Of a stretch of DNA of 64,000 nt, positions 1-10,342 are shown one piece after another. The stretch's first letter is position 1. The number at the start of each line of letters is the position of its first letter. This stretch comes from Candidatus Poribacteria bacterium. Its GTDB lineage: Bacteria; Poribacteria; WGA-4E; WGA-3G. The DNA lies in assembly GCA_963665235.2 (NCBI GenBank), contig CAXXLX010000002.1, positions 352,001 through 416,000 on the forward strand, read 5' to 3'. The position numbers and the translations under genes were made by a program. Under the pieces are notes generated by a model. The model worked only from the letters and a program-made list of their open reading frames with translations, was not told the origin of the DNA and ran no database searches.

Positions 1-816
1 TTCCACCCATTCCATCCAGGCGCAGCCTCGGTGAAGTTTAAGTTCTTCTGCTGCGGGCAGTGTTACTTTTAGATATTGGGCTATATCTTTTGTCACGTGT
101 TGTCCACCGACAGGAAACACTGCAGTGTGTTCAATAGCGTCTTCCTTATAGACAACGATTTCGGTCGTCTGGTCCCCGATATCGACGAGGGCACTGCCGA
201 CTTTAATTTCATCGCGTGTCAGCACGCCATAAGCCGAGGCTAACGGGGCAACGGCGAGGGCTTCCACATTTGGGATTTCCGCTTTTTCCACGCTATTCAG
301 TAGATTTTGGATGGCACTGATGCTCCCTGTTATGATATACGCATAGGCTTCCAGACGGGAACCGGACATACCAATAGGTTCCTTAATCTTGTTCTGCTTG
401 TCAATGACGAAGTTTTGTTCAATGACGTGCAGAATGTGTTGATTATCTGGGATAATGGCATGTGCTTCAGCTGCAGTCATCGCCCTTTCGACATCGCCGT
501 TGGTAATCTCTGTCGGGTTAGCCACCCTTACCATCCCGTGTGCAGTTTGTCCGACGACATGGTCCCCTGATATACCTACACACACCGCTTCTATTTTGAT
601 ACCTGCCATCAATTCAGCATCCGAAATCGCTTCTCGGATTGCCTCGGCTGTTGAATTAATGTCAACGATAACGCCTTTCTGCAACCCTTCCGAGTTTGCA
701 GTGCCAACCCCGATGATTTCCATCTGTGTATTCATGTTAGGCGTAGTGTGACCGACAACGACCGAAATCTTGCTTGAGCCGATATCTAACCCGGCGATGA
801 TTGTTCCTTTTGCCAT
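1..816 (-). CDS. ftsA: Cell division protein FtsA (5' part; runs off the window start)
   Basis: Hand translation from ATG at 816 gives MAKGTIIAGLDIGSSKISVVVG...LVDIGDQTTE...VGGQHVTKDI, the FtsA actin-like motifs. Directly downstream of ftsQ. Confidence 0.93.
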   Translation of the reverse strand, partial: MAKGTIIAGLDIGSSKISVVVGHTTPNMNTQMEIIGVGTANSEGLQKGVIVDINSTAEAIREAISDAELMAGIKIEAVCVGISGDHVVGQTAHGMVRVANPTEITNGDVERAMTAAEAHAIIPDNQHILHVIEQNFVIDKQNKIKEPIGMSGSRLEAYAYIITGSISAIQNLLNSVEKAEIPNVEALAVAPLASAYGVLTRDEIKVGSALVDIGDQTTEIVVYKEDAIEHTAVFPVGGQHVTKDIAQYLKVTLPAAEELKLHRGCAWMEWVE

Positions 817-1908
817 TTATCTGTTTTCACCTCCTAAATAAAGTGTATCTTCATATCGGGCATCTAAGTACTTGTAGTTCCTGAATGGGAACGGTGCTCT
901 GTGGCTCGCTTGTTTTTTGTAGGCGGTGTCCTCCGCTTGTCGGGGGTCTCTGTTTTGAACCCGAACTACGGCGGTATTCGCTTGGGGGTGCTGCTTTGGG
1001 GCGTTTTCCGCTGCAGGCTCTTCTTCGGTTTGTAACAGGAGATGTGCACCCTGTTCCACAAATATAGCGATATGATGGACCCCTACCTCAATTAAATCTG
1101 CTGCAAGCCACACGGGCATCGACAAGGGGACCACCTGAATTTCAATTTTCTGCGGGACTCGTGCGTCAATCTGCTTAACCCGGCTTAGAAGTTCAGGCTC
1201 CTGCAACATCATGATATGTAAGACGCGCAGGCCGAGCTGCGTCGCCTCCGTTTCAATCTGTTCACCAATTTTCAGTACCCCTTTGCCTTCCTCCTGAATT
1301 AGCGGGAATCTATCTTGAAATTGGTCAGGTTCGATAGACTCTAATACATACCCTTTACCGTCTATCAGAAAGAAGTCGGTGCGCTTTTTGCGTGCTCGGG
1401 CACTTGTGCCGACTTGCTGTTGCACGTAAGCTAAGCGTGCAAAACGGCTCCGCTCCGTAATTTGGATAGTTAGCTGCCGTTTTGCCAAATTTTTAGAAAT
1501 CCGCGCCGATTTAATGTAGCTGAGATTTTCCTGTAAATATGCAGCAGCGCGTGTCTCCGAGTCGGTGACAATATTCTCCAGATTGGCCCCTAACACATCG
1601 TAGATTTGCCCTTCTGTATAGTGCACATTTCCGGAAAGTGCCAGGGATACATTTTCAACGTTGAAAAATCCGAGGACGATTTTCGATACGAACAGCAATG
1701 TGACCAAAACAGCCCCTAAGACTGCGATGCGTCGGGCTCGGTATTTATCGGATTTTTTCCTTTTGAGCACAACATGCATCGGACGCGTGTTCTGCGTTGA
1801 GGGCGTTTGAGATTTTTTCACACCTCTGGCTCGCCTGCGCTGTTGTTGCAGGCGGATTTCTGACGAGGATAAGACGGTCTGTCGCGAACGAGAGGCAACG
1901 TTTTTCAT
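817..1908 (-). CDS. ftsQ: Cell division protein FtsQ/DivIB
   Basis: Basic N-tail, single TM helix, POTRA-like segment (SGNVHYT...I.ITER), C-terminal YLDARY. Lies between murC and ftsA. Confidence 0.8.
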   Translation of the reverse strand: MKNVASRSRQTVLSSSEIRLQQQRRRARGVKKSQTPSTQNTRPMHVVLKRKKSDKYRARRIAVLGAVLVTLLFVSKIVLGFFNVENVSLALSGNVHYTEGQIYDVLGANLENIVTDSETRAAAYLQENLSYIKSARISKNLAKRQLTIQITERSRFARLAYVQQQVGTSARARKKRTDFFLIDGKGYVLESIEPDQFQDRFPLIQEEGKGVLKIGEQIETEATQLGLRVLHIMMLQEPELLSRVKQIDARVPQKIEIQVVPLSMPVWLAADLIEVGVHHIAIFVEQGAHLLLQTEEEPAAENAPKQHPQANTAVVRVQNRDPRQAEDTAYKKQASHRAPFPFRNYKYLDARYEDTLYLGGENR

Positions 1909-3275
1909 TTTTCTCTTTTCCTTAAAAATTCGTGTCCAACGTTCACGATGTCCCCAGCACCTAGTGTGATGACTAAGTCATTCGGGCGCGTAATTTCCAT
2001 CAATATGTCTACTATCTTATCCATATCCGCTGCGTAAATTACATTCGGATGCCCATGTGCCTCTATTGCCCGCGCCAAATTTTCGCCAGTCACATTCTCT
2101 ATCGGTTGCTCACCGGCCCCATAGATTGATGTCACAATTAGGACATCTGCCTGATAAAAAGCACGCGAAAACTCTTCAGCTAAATCTCTGACTCGGGCAT
2201 ATCGGTGGGGTTGGAAAACAGCGACAATTCGCCGGTTGTATCCATCCCGTGCTCCCTGGAGGGCTGCTCTCAGTTTGGCTGGATTATGTGCGTAATCATC
2301 CACGACAATAATATCATCCTGATCTTCAAGCACCTCAAAACGGCGATGCACCCCCTGAAACCTCTCAAGTTCCTGCCGAATCAGGTCAAACGGAAGCTCC
2401 AATTCAAGACCGACCGCAATTGCGGCTAACGAATTGGCAATGTTGTGCCGCCCTGGCATCTTAAGATGAACCTCGCCGTAGGCATCACCATTTTTCTTAA
2501 CCTGATACCGTGAGGTGGGCCCCTCAATCCGAATGTTATCGGCTATGATGTCTGCGCGCGTTTCCAAACCGTACGTCACAAATTTTTTCCTTATCTCCGG
2601 GATAAACTTTTGAATGTTTTCCTGGTCAAGGCACAAAACGGCTGTTCCGTAAAACGGAACCTTATTAATAAAGTTCAGAAACGTTTTGCCGATTTCATCG
2701 ATATCGTTGTAATAGTCTAGATGGTCAGCATCTACAGAGGTTACGACAGCAATAGTGGGATAGAACATCTCTATTGAGCCGTACGCTTCGTCTGCTTCAA
2801 CGACCATGACTTCTCCGTGTCCACTGCGAGCGTTACTCCCTCCCATCAGTTTACCGCCTACGACTACTGTCGGATCAAGTGAGGCTAAAACGGCGGATGT
2901 CATTGCGGTTGTAGTTGTTTTTCCGTGCGTTCCACTTACAGCGATGCTGTAACTCATCCGCGTAATCTCGTTCAACATCTCCGCCCCCCGGACGATGGGG
3001 ATTTTTTCATGAATGGCTGTTTGTAATTCCGGATTGTCCGAGGGAATAGCGGGCGACATGACAACGACATCGGCACCTTCAACCTGGCATGCAGTGTGCC
3101 TGTACCATATCTTTGCGCCATGTGCTTCGAGATTCTCTGTTGTGCTCGAACGCTGCAGGTCAGAGCCTGTCACATGAAAACCTTGGTCTATAAGCACTTT
3201 GGCAATTCCGCTCAAACCTGCCCCGCCTATGCCTATAATATGAATGTGTCGCGTCTTTCCAAATTTTTGAATCAT
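1905..3275 (-). CDS. murC: UDP-N-acetylmuramate--L-alanine ligase
   Basis: HIIGIGGAGLSG, GTHGKTTTT, EADE, DHLD, DDYAHNP and FQPHRY motifs. Confidence 0.97.
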   Translation of the reverse strand: MIQKFGKTRHIHIIGIGGAGLSGIAKVLIDQGFHVTGSDLQRSSTTENLEAHGAKIWYRHTACQVEGADVVVMSPAIPSDNPELQTAIHEKIPIVRGAEMLNEITRMSYSIAVSGTHGKTTTTAMTSAVLASLDPTVVVGGKLMGGSNARSGHGEVMVVEADEAYGSIEMFYPTIAVVTSVDADHLDYYNDIDEIGKTFLNFINKVPFYGTAVLCLDQENIQKFIPEIRKKFVTYGLETRADIIADNIRIEGPTSRYQVKKNGDAYGEVHLKMPGRHNIANSLAAIAVGLELELPFDLIRQELERFQGVHRRFEVLEDQDDIIVVDDYAHNPAKLRAALQGARDGYNRRIVAVFQPHRYARVRDLAEEFSRAFYQADVLIVTSIYGAGEQPIENVTGENLARAIEAHGHPNVIYAADMDKIVDILMEITRPNDLVITLGAGDIVNVGHEFLRKREK

Positions 3276-4456
3276 GAAGCCTCCGTTTGCCTACCACTGC
3301 GGACTGCCGATGAAGGGTGTGCCGCTGCGAGCCGATAAATTGATTCAGCAATTGTATCGCTTGCAAATGGGCGGCCGAGCCCTTCGCTCGCTGTTTTCAT
3401 CTGCCGATAGGTCTCTTCATCTGTAACAATATGTATCAGCTTTGACACAAGTGCTTCAACTGTCAATTGCTCCTGTTCAAAAACGATGGCGGCTCCAGCA
3501 CTTGCAACAGTCTCCGCGTTCCTGACCTGATTATTGCCAACAGCCGCAGGTAAGGGTATAAAAATTGCAGGAATACCGCACGCGGTCACTTCCGAAACGG
3601 TCATGCCCCCTGCCCTACAAATCATGACATCTGTAATGCTATAAATTTCCTCAACCTGCTCGAAAAAGGGCTGCACGTGATGCCGTATCCCCCACTTCTC
3701 GTAGGCCGCCCGAACTCGCTCGGCATCTGTCTTCCCAGTTTGATGCACGACTTGTAGCAGAGACGCTGCAGCTTCAGCAAGCAGCGGACTCGCTTCTATC
3801 ATTGCGTCATTAACAGCACGGGCACCTTGGCTCCCGCCCATCACAAACACCGTTTTAACCCCTGCCAGGTCTCCGTCGCTGGTGAGGGAGATGGGGGGTA
3901 TCAGGTTCAGCTTCCGATAGGTCTCTGCACGCCGCGGGTAGCTTGTTATCCCGGGACGAATCGGGTTGCCTGTTACCTCTACAATATTCTCCGGGAAACG
4001 TTGTGCCTCCGGGGTTAATGCAAGATATGCCGCCTTGGCCCTTCTTGCAAGCAGGCAATTTGTTAAACCGGGTGAGGCGTTTTGCTCCTGTATCGCTGTC
4101 GGTATACCCAGTAGGGACGCAGCAAACAGCACCGGGCCTGATACATACCCACCCGTACCGATAACAACATCCGGACGAAGTTGTCTCAGATACTTCAAAG
4201 ACTGTAAGAGCCCCAGGCAGCTTTTGGAGATAACCGGAAACCACCGCCATGTCACTCGACGCGGGAAACCTTCAACGGTAATAGGTAAAAACTGAAAACC
4301 TACTTGCGGGACCAACGTTGCCTCTAAACGTCCTTTGCCTCCGATAAAAACGATATCCACGTTCGGATTGCGCCGCTGAAGGGCTTGTGCAATACCGATA
4401 GCAGGATAAATATGCCCGCCTGTCCCGCCGCCTGCCAAAACAAATTTTTGAATCAT
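3272..4456 (-). CDS. murG: Lipid II GlcNAc transferase MurG
   Basis: GGGTGGHIYP, GTGGYVSGP, EQN, TGNPIR, GGSQGA and CRAGG motifs. Confidence 0.97.
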   Translation of the reverse strand: MIQKFVLAGGGTGGHIYPAIGIAQALQRRNPNVDIVFIGGKGRLEATLVPQVGFQFLPITVEGFPRRVTWRWFPVISKSCLGLLQSLKYLRQLRPDVVIGTGGYVSGPVLFAASLLGIPTAIQEQNASPGLTNCLLARRAKAAYLALTPEAQRFPENIVEVTGNPIRPGITSYPRRAETYRKLNLIPPISLTSDGDLAGVKTVFVMGGSQGARAVNDAMIEASPLLAEAAASLLQVVHQTGKTDAERVRAAYEKWGIRHHVQPFFEQVEEIYSITDVMICRAGGMTVSEVTACGIPAIFIPLPAAVGNNQVRNAETVASAGAAIVFEQEQLTVEALVSKLIHIVTDEETYRQMKTASEGLGRPFASDTIAESIYRLAAAHPSSAVRSGRQTEAS

Positions 4457-4557
4457 GTGGCCTCCGTTCGCCTGCTGCCGTTGTTGCAGGCGGGGTTGTT
4501 CCTAAAAAATCTCACAATCATGAGATGAGGTGTTGTGAATTTGACATGTACTGTCTG

Positions 4558-5745
4558 TCAACGTTGTGTTTTCTGTACATGACGGGAAACGTTCAAAAGC
4601 ATCCCAACGCTTACCAAACTAACTACCAGGGATGAACCGCCGTAACTCAGAAACGGAAGTGTAATCCCCTTTGTGGGCAACAGTCCTGTTACAACGCCAA
4701 TATTGATGAACGCTTGTAGCCCAATAACGATTGTCAGTCCTGTTGCAAATAGTGCCCCAAACCGGTCCTCTGTGTGCATCGCGATAGAGATGCCACGCCA
4801 AATAAAAATCATAAAGATAAGCGTGACACTCCCTGTTCCGATAAATCCGAATTCTTCTGCCAGTACCGAGAAAATAAAATCTGTATGCGGATACGGCAAA
4901 TAATTTATTTTCGCAACGCTCTCGTCAATGCCGACCCCGAATAGGCCTCCCCATCTCAGCGCATTTAGGGAACGTTCCAACTGATAGCCAATCTCACCTG
5001 TTGATTGTAAGGATGCCCAATAATCTGTTAAACGTTTCAAACGGTAAGGGTCCATCATAATAAACACTGCTAATACCGCCACGCCAACGCCTGCCAATAT
5101 AAGGGTTTGTGAGAAGCGAATCCCCCCTACGAAAAGCAGAAACCCCACCGTTGCAGCTAGCAGCACAGCGGAACCGAAATCCGGTTGGGCGGCTACTAGG
5201 GCAAATGCTGACCCCAGCACGATGACGTTCGGCAGAACGCCGTTGAAAAAACTCTTGATACGTTCCGGATTTCGTGCTAAAAAACGCGCCGTGTGGATAA
5301 TCAACGCAATTTTCGCAAATTCCACCGGTTGAAACCGGAGCCCTCCTCTTTCTATCCAGCGATTAAATCTTCCGCCCGCCGCCCCCTGAACAGCACTCCC
5401 GAACCAAGGCGTGAATACCAAAATTAACCCTACAAACGCCAGAATAAGCAATTTCGTACTGTGTCTTTCATAAAATCGATACGGAATATAGGAAGCCACT
5501 CCCATCCCTATCAAGCCGATGATGCACGCGATTACCTGCACCTTTAAATAGCGGTAACTATCACCGTCATACTTTATCGCCGATAGCAGGTGACCGGCAC
5601 TGTAAACCATCAAAATACCTATCCCAACTGAGCATAGCGTGACGGCAAGTAGGACAGCATCAGCTTTGCCTGACCCAGCACTTGGTGCCTCTGTTCTCTC
5701 AATTTGCTGCGTGCGCGAATACGAATGATTAAGGGTTTGAATCAT
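4558..5745 (-). CDS. ftsW: SEDS peptidoglycan polymerase FtsW
   Basis: RW..G..FQPVEFAK, QPDFG, PYPHTDFIF, LPTKGITLPFLSYGGSS. Start moved to the MIQTL ATG, which has a GGAGG SD. Confidence 0.95.
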   Translation of the reverse strand: MIQTLNHSYSRTQQIERTEAPSAGSGKADAVLLAVTLCSVGIGILMVYSAGHLLSAIKYDGDSYRYLKVQVIACIIGLIGMGVASYIPYRFYERHSTKLLILAFVGLILVFTPWFGSAVQGAAGGRFNRWIERGGLRFQPVEFAKIALIIHTARFLARNPERIKSFFNGVLPNVIVLGSAFALVAAQPDFGSAVLLAATVGFLLFVGGIRFSQTLILAGVGVAVLAVFIMMDPYRLKRLTDYWASLQSTGEIGYQLERSLNALRWGGLFGVGIDESVAKINYLPYPHTDFIFSVLAEEFGFIGTGSVTLIFMIFIWRGISIAMHTEDRFGALFATGLTIVIGLQAFINIGVVTGLLPTKGITLPFLSYGGSSLVVSLVSVGMLLNVSRHVQKTQR

Positions 5746-7285
5746 TTGACCTCCCCTCGCCTGCTTTGAGTGCATTCACAGCCTTTTTAAAGGCATCTCC
5801 ACGTGCTTTATAGTCCGTATACATATCAAAACTTGCGTTCGCCGGTGATAAAAGGACGATATCCCCGGGGATTGCATGCCGATACGCAACACTAACGGCA
5901 TCTTCCATCGTCGCAGCATGCCACATATCGCTGCATCCAGCAAGTGTCTGCTCTATGTACTGTGTATGTTCCCCAAGTAAGACTAAGCCTTTAACAGTCG
6001 TCCCAACAAGTTCAGTGAGTGCTGCGTAATCGTTCCCTTTATCGTAACCGCCTATGATTAAAAGCACGCGTTTCGAGGTGCTAGCTTGTGTGAACATGCC
6101 TGCGACCGATTCAAGTGCTGCAGCTGTTGCTATGACGTTCGTTGCCTTAGAATCGTTTATAAATTCTACATCGTTGATGAGGGTTACCTTTTCAAAAGCG
6201 TGCTCTAGTGCAGGGTGCCCTCTATTAAATTCTATGAGGGCCTGTCGCATCGCCGCGGGGGTTACCTCAAAAATCGTTCCGACGGTTATGGCTGCAAGCG
6301 CGTTTCGCACATTATGTGCTCCTGCCAACGGCATATCGGTTATATCACAAACCCACTGCTCTCGGTTGTTCCTATTCGCGTAGATGCCAATCGTGTTTCC
6401 ATTCTTTTTAAGTCGTGTGTCTGTCCTGCTGGTCTGCCTATGCGTTTCCTCTGCTAACCCTGCTGTTTGCGTTTCTTCTGCTAACCCCCCTGCTTGTGTT
6501 TCCTCTGCTAACCCCCCTGCTTGTGGGGGGGATATGGGGGGGCCGCAGCCCGTATCTGTGAAGTATGCTTTTTGAGCAGCTGTCACCTGCCCAAAGCTTC
6601 TCACTGTTGCATCATCGGCATTTAGGACTATCCACTCCGCGTCTGTCTGGTTAGCATATATCTTCCGCTTAGCGTTACAGTAAGCCTCCATGGTACGGTG
6701 TCGGTCAAGATGGTCGCGTGAGAAATTCAGCACAACACTCACCGCAGGCCGAAAAGTTTCAGTAGTTTCTAACTGAAAACTGCTCGTCTCAACGACTGCT
6801 ATATCGTCGGGGGTGAGCGTTAAAACCTCGTTCGCTAATGGAACCCCAATATTTCCGGCAACCGCAACCTTACCAAACATGTTGCTTTCCTTCAGAATCG
6901 CTGCTGTCAACAGCGTCGTCGTTGATTTCCCTTTTGTCCCTGTGATAGCGACAATAGGGGCTTGACAGAGACTTGCCGATACCTCTAACTCACCCAAAAT
7001 CGGGATGCCGTTTTGCTGTGCTTCGTGCAGAATCGGAATATCCAACGGGACCCCAGGAGATACCACAATTAACGCAGCGTTGGCGATACACGCGGCTTCA
7101 TGCCCACCCAGGTGAAATTGAACCGCGGTCCCCTTCAACTGTGCTATCTCTGCGGACAATGCATCGGCATCACGCATATCCGTAACGGAAACAGATGCAC
7201 CGAATTTATTTAGCAGCTTCGCAATTGCAATCCCACTTCGGTTCGCCCCGAAAACAGTGATAGGTAATTGGTAATCGGTTTTCAT
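5729..7285 (-). CDS. murD: UDP-MurNAc-L-Ala--D-Glu ligase
   Basis: SPGVP, ITGTKGKSTT, ETSSFQL, DHLDRH, NDSKATN, LSPANASFD. Contains a repeat-derived insertion at about 6443-6545. Confidence 0.96.
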   Translation of the reverse strand: MKTDYQLPITVFGANRSGIAIAKLLNKFGASVSVTDMRDADALSAEIAQLKGTAVQFHLGGHEAACIANAALIVVSPGVPLDIPILHEAQQNGIPILGELEVSASLCQAPIVAITGTKGKSTTTLLTAAILKESNMFGKVAVAGNIGVPLANEVLTLTPDDIAVVETSSFQLETTETFRPAVSVVLNFSRDHLDRHRTMEAYCNAKRKIYANQTDAEWIVLNADDATVRSFGQVTAAQKAYFTDTGCGPPISPPQAGGLAEETQAGGLAEETQTAGLAEETHRQTSRTDTRLKKNGNTIGIYANRNNREQWVCDITDMPLAGAHNVRNALAAITVGTIFEVTPAAMRQALIEFNRGHPALEHAFEKVTLINDVEFINDSKATNVIATAAALESVAGMFTQASTSKRVLLIIGGYDKGNDYAALTELVGTTVKGLVLLGEHTQYIEQTLAGCSDMWHAATMEDAVSVAYRHAIPGDIVLLSPANASFDMYTDYKARGDAFKKAVNALKAGEGRSNDSNP

Positions 7286-7305
7286 GAGCCATTAACCATT
7301 TCCCT

Positions 7306-8436
7306 TTATCTCAATTTTAGCGTACTTAACGCAAGCAGCATCAAAATCAGCCCAACAATCCAAAAACGGATAACGACTTTAGATTCCTTCCAGCCCGAAA
7401 GCAAAAAATGATAATGAAGCGGAGACATCTTGATAACACGTTTCCCAAATGTTCTGTAAGACCATACCTGAATGATAACCGATAACGCCTCCGCTACAAA
7501 GATACCGCCAACGATGATGAGGAGAAATTCCTGTTTTACCAATAGGGCAGCAGTCCCAAGCGTCGCGCCGAGCGTTAAGGAGCCTGTATCTCCCATAAAA
7601 AGTTGAGCGGGGTGCCCATTGTACCATAAAAACCCTAACCCTGCCCCTACTAAGGCCGCACAAAAAACCGTTGCAACTTCTCCTGCAATAGGTAGGTGAA
7701 AAATATTCAGGTAGTCTGCCCCGATACTGTGACTCGTCATATACCCTAACACACTGAAGGTGACGGCAACTAAGAGGGTGCATCCAATAGCTAGGCCATC
7801 CATACCATCTGTCAGATTAACCGCGTTTGAAGTTCCAACAATCACCAAGGTTGCAAAAGGGATAAATAGAATGCCGAGATTCGGCTGCAAATCCTTGAAA
7901 AACGGGAGACTCAGCGAGGTCCGGACGGCAATATCGCTTGCCTCCGCTGCTGCTATAGGCGGGCCCCACTTATAAAGATAGAAGGCAATAGCTAAGCCGC
8001 CTACAGTTTGCAGTGCTATTTTATGCCACCCGCGTAACCCGAGTGATTGCCCTTTGCTGATTTTGCTTATATCGTCCAGGAAACCCAACCCGCCAAAGTA
8101 CAGTGTCGTGAAAAGCATAAGATAGATATACGGCTGATCGAGACGGGCCCAGAAGAGCACAGATATAAGCACCGAAACAATGATAAGGATACCGCCCATT
8201 GTTGGCGTGCCTGCTTTACCCTGCTTCTCGCTACTCTCTTGTGCCTTTTCCACCTCCTCCTGAATATGCTCCCCGATACGTAGCTGTTTCAACCGAGCTA
8301 TCATAAACGGGCCCAGGACGAGGGAGATAATCAGCGCGGTCGCGGTTGCATAAATTGCGCGGAAGCTGATATAACGAAAAATATTGAAAGGCGAAAACAG
8401 CTCTAGGAGGTTTTCAAAAAACAGATGATAAAACAA
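7306..8436 (-). CDS. mraY: Phospho-N-acetylmuramoyl-pentapeptide transferase
   Basis: GTPTMGG, GFLDD, SNAVNLTDGMDGL, FMGDTGS, SPLHYHF. Start set at TTG 8436 (LFYHLF) because the ORF extension to 8643 is repeat DNA. Confidence 0.95.
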   Translation of the reverse strand: MFYHLFFENLLELFSPFNIFRYISFRAIYATATALIISLVLGPFMIARLKQLRIGEHIQEEVEKAQESSEKQGKAGTPTMGGILIIVSVLISVLFWARLDQPYIYLMLFTTLYFGGLGFLDDISKISKGQSLGLRGWHKIALQTVGGLAIAFYLYKWGPPIAAAEASDIAVRTSLSLPFFKDLQPNLGILFIPFATLVIVGTSNAVNLTDGMDGLAIGCTLLVAVTFSVLGYMTSHSIGADYLNIFHLPIAGEVATVFCAALVGAGLGFLWYNGHPAQLFMGDTGSLTLGATLGTAALLVKQEFLLIIVGGIFVAEALSVIIQVWSYRTFGKRVIKMSPLHYHFLLSGWKESKVVIRFWIVGLILMLLALSTLKLR

Positions 8437-8479
8437 TTGAATCGTAGCCTCCGCTCGCCTGCGACCTGACTGTTGACTT

Positions 8480-8645
8480 CGCTGGCTATTGGCTTCGCTG
8501 GTTATTGGCTTGTGGCTTGTGGCTATTAGCAAGAGAAAGAGGACTCTAAAGCGCGTCAGAAACCTATTTAGAATCTGAAACTCTTGCCAATTGCCAATCG
8601 CTAATCGCCAATGAGCTAATCGCCATACTACAACAAACCGCAAGG
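8480..8645. repeat. Heptamer-flanked palindromic repeat ((GGCAATT/GCTATTG)n-GCAAGAG-core-CTCTTGC-(CAATCGC)n) ending in AAACCGCAAGG
   Basis: Same architecture at 19120-19223 and in the 59.3-60.0 kb units. Fragments near 47115 and 51455. Confidence 0.75.
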
Positions 8646-8647
8646 AA

Positions 8648-9856
8648 CTATGAAAGCTTCCCTAAATTTGCCTCCACCTGATTAAGCAAGTTCGTTGCGT
8701 AAGAATAGACTAATCTATTCTTCTGTTCATGTGTTTCAACAGCAAGTTCAATCAGTTGTGACACTAACTCCGGAAACGAAATCCCAACGGGATCCCACAG
8801 GTAAAAACTGAAGGAGCCAGGGATAGTATTGATTTCATTCACGTAAACTTCTTCATCGCTATCGAGCAAAAAATCGATTCGTGCAACGCCTGCACAATTA
8901 ATTGCCTGAAATGTTGCCGTAGCGAGTTTCTGTATATGTAACGTCAATTCTTCCGAAATCGGTGCAGGAATTTCACGTTGCGCCCCTGCCATCCCGGAAG
9001 ATACCCCCCCAATGTCCTCTGTAGTAGTGGGAGGACTATCGGTTGTTTCCTCCCTCTGATGGATATATTTATCGTCGAAACTGAGGAAATTGTTACTACT
9101 AATCGGTTTTTCACAGACAGAAGCGGTCGGCGTGTGTGTTCCCATCACGGCGCAGTTAATTTCAGAAGCGTTTTCTATACCCTGTTCAACGAGCACGCGA
9201 TGGCAATATCGGCAGGCAAGCTCGATAGCCTGCCGAAGCGTGTCCGTATCTGTTGCTTGACTTACCCCAATACTTGACCCGCTGACTGCTGGCTTAACGA
9301 ACACTGGATACGACAACCGCGATTCAACTTCTTTTAGGATAGCCACATCTGCTGTATTCCAGCCGTGCTTTGTCACAGGGAGATAGGGGAGTATCGGCAG
9401 TCCGTTCTCACTGAGGGCTGCTTTCATCATGATTTTATCCATGCCGACACTAGACCCTAGGACACCTGCGCCGATGTATGGGATATTCATGAGTTCAAGT
9501 AACCCTTGGAGAGACCCATCTTCTCCGTGTACGCCGTGAATTGCTGGAAATGCTACGTCGACCGGAAGTTCCGTTTTTTTACGCCGCCAGCCGGGCCGAC
9601 TCGGTGCTGCAACGAATTTCGGTGTCCCCTTAAACTCCACAGTGACCCTATTAAAATCGGAGGCGCGAGGGAGCGTTCCGCTGGTGAATGTGCTCAGTTC
9701 ATTGAGACCATCCCCTGTTAACCATTCCCCCGTTTTGGTAATATAAATCGGGATAACCTCATAATTTTCCGCCAATGCAGTATTGACCTGATGTGCCGTA
9801 ACGATGGAGACTTCGTGTTCAGGCGAGCGTCCGCCAAATATGAGAGCCACCTTCAT
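8648..9856 (-). CDS. ddl: D-alanine--D-alanine ligase
   Basis: FGGRSPEHEVS, HGVHGEDGSLQG, MDK, KP..SGSSIG, RIDF, NEINTIPG. Omega loop FLSFDDKY. Confidence 0.96.
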   Translation of the reverse strand: MKVALIFGGRSPEHEVSIVTAHQVNTALAENYEVIPIYITKTGEWLTGDGLNELSTFTSGTLPRASDFNRVTVEFKGTPKFVAAPSRPGWRRKKTELPVDVAFPAIHGVHGEDGSLQGLLELMNIPYIGAGVLGSSVGMDKIMMKAALSENGLPILPYLPVTKHGWNTADVAILKEVESRLSYPVFVKPAVSGSSIGVSQATDTDTLRQAIELACRYCHRVLVEQGIENASEINCAVMGTHTPTASVCEKPISSNNFLSFDDKYIHQREETTDSPPTTTEDIGGVSSGMAGAQREIPAPISEELTLHIQKLATATFQAINCAGVARIDFLLDSDEEVYVNEINTIPGSFSFYLWDPVGISFPELVSQLIELAVETHEQKNRLVYSYATNLLNQVEANLGKLS

Positions 9857-10011
9857 CAAATTCTTCGGGCAGAAAAACCTCACCTTTTAAGGCGGAGAGG
9901 AGTGCCCGCTCCTTTGCATCCGCATTGTCGGACGCTAGTTTTTTTGACCTTTTTGTTTTCTTCACATCTAAATAGTAGCAGTCGGAATGGGTTGTAGTTG
10001 CCTGAGAAGCA

Positions 10012-10284
10012 GGCTTGATGAAGATTAATTTTTAAAATTCGGAACGGATGATAAATCACCTACTACGAGCCCTTACTGAACTATTTATTTAAACTTTATA
10101 CAGATTATGTTACAAAAGTGGTGCCTTAGATTAACGCGAGTTTGAAAAAAGTTTTGACCTAGAGTATTCTCTGGTAGTTTTAGGAAAAACCCGCACAAAC
10201 TAAAAGTTTATGCTACAATTACACCGCTTTTTTCGCGGTGAAAAGGTTTGGAGCAAACGGATATTTATTATCAAGTTCACGTTA
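10012..10284. mobile_element. Cluster of MITE-like elements in the murF-ddl gap, including a TAACGCGAGTTTGA...TCAAGTTCACGTTA element that carries one REP
   Basis: Imperfect terminal inverted repeats at about 10132-10284. Internal CACAAACTAAAAGTTTATGCTAC matches the 43 kb array unit. Other ends match 18830, 19090 and 48843. Confidence 0.6.
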
Positions 10285-10294
10285 GATTAGTAAG

Positions 10295-10342
10295 AAACCG
10301 CCTGCAACACCGGCGCAGGCGAGCGGAGGCCAATGATTCAAA
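10295..10342 (+). repeat. Hairpin-SD-ATGATTCAA repeat, antisense copy providing the murF stop codon
   Basis: AAACCGCCTGCAACACCGGCGCAGGCGAGCGGAGGCCAATGATTCAAA. Homologous copies near 1823, 3264, 4445, 5736, 8436, 11971, 47138 and 59105. Confidence 0.75.

Noticed and set aside
8437-8643. Long N-terminal extension of MraY (similarly RDD from 51365, the hydrolase to 12952, QueG to 54587)
   Set aside because: The extensions are repeat DNA or overlap neighbouring genes. Family similarity starts at the downstream codons.
8648-9856. Van-type D-Ala-D-Lac ligase
   Set aside because: The omega loop ends in KY as in D-Ala-D-Ala ligases, and there are no vanH/vanX or regulator genes.
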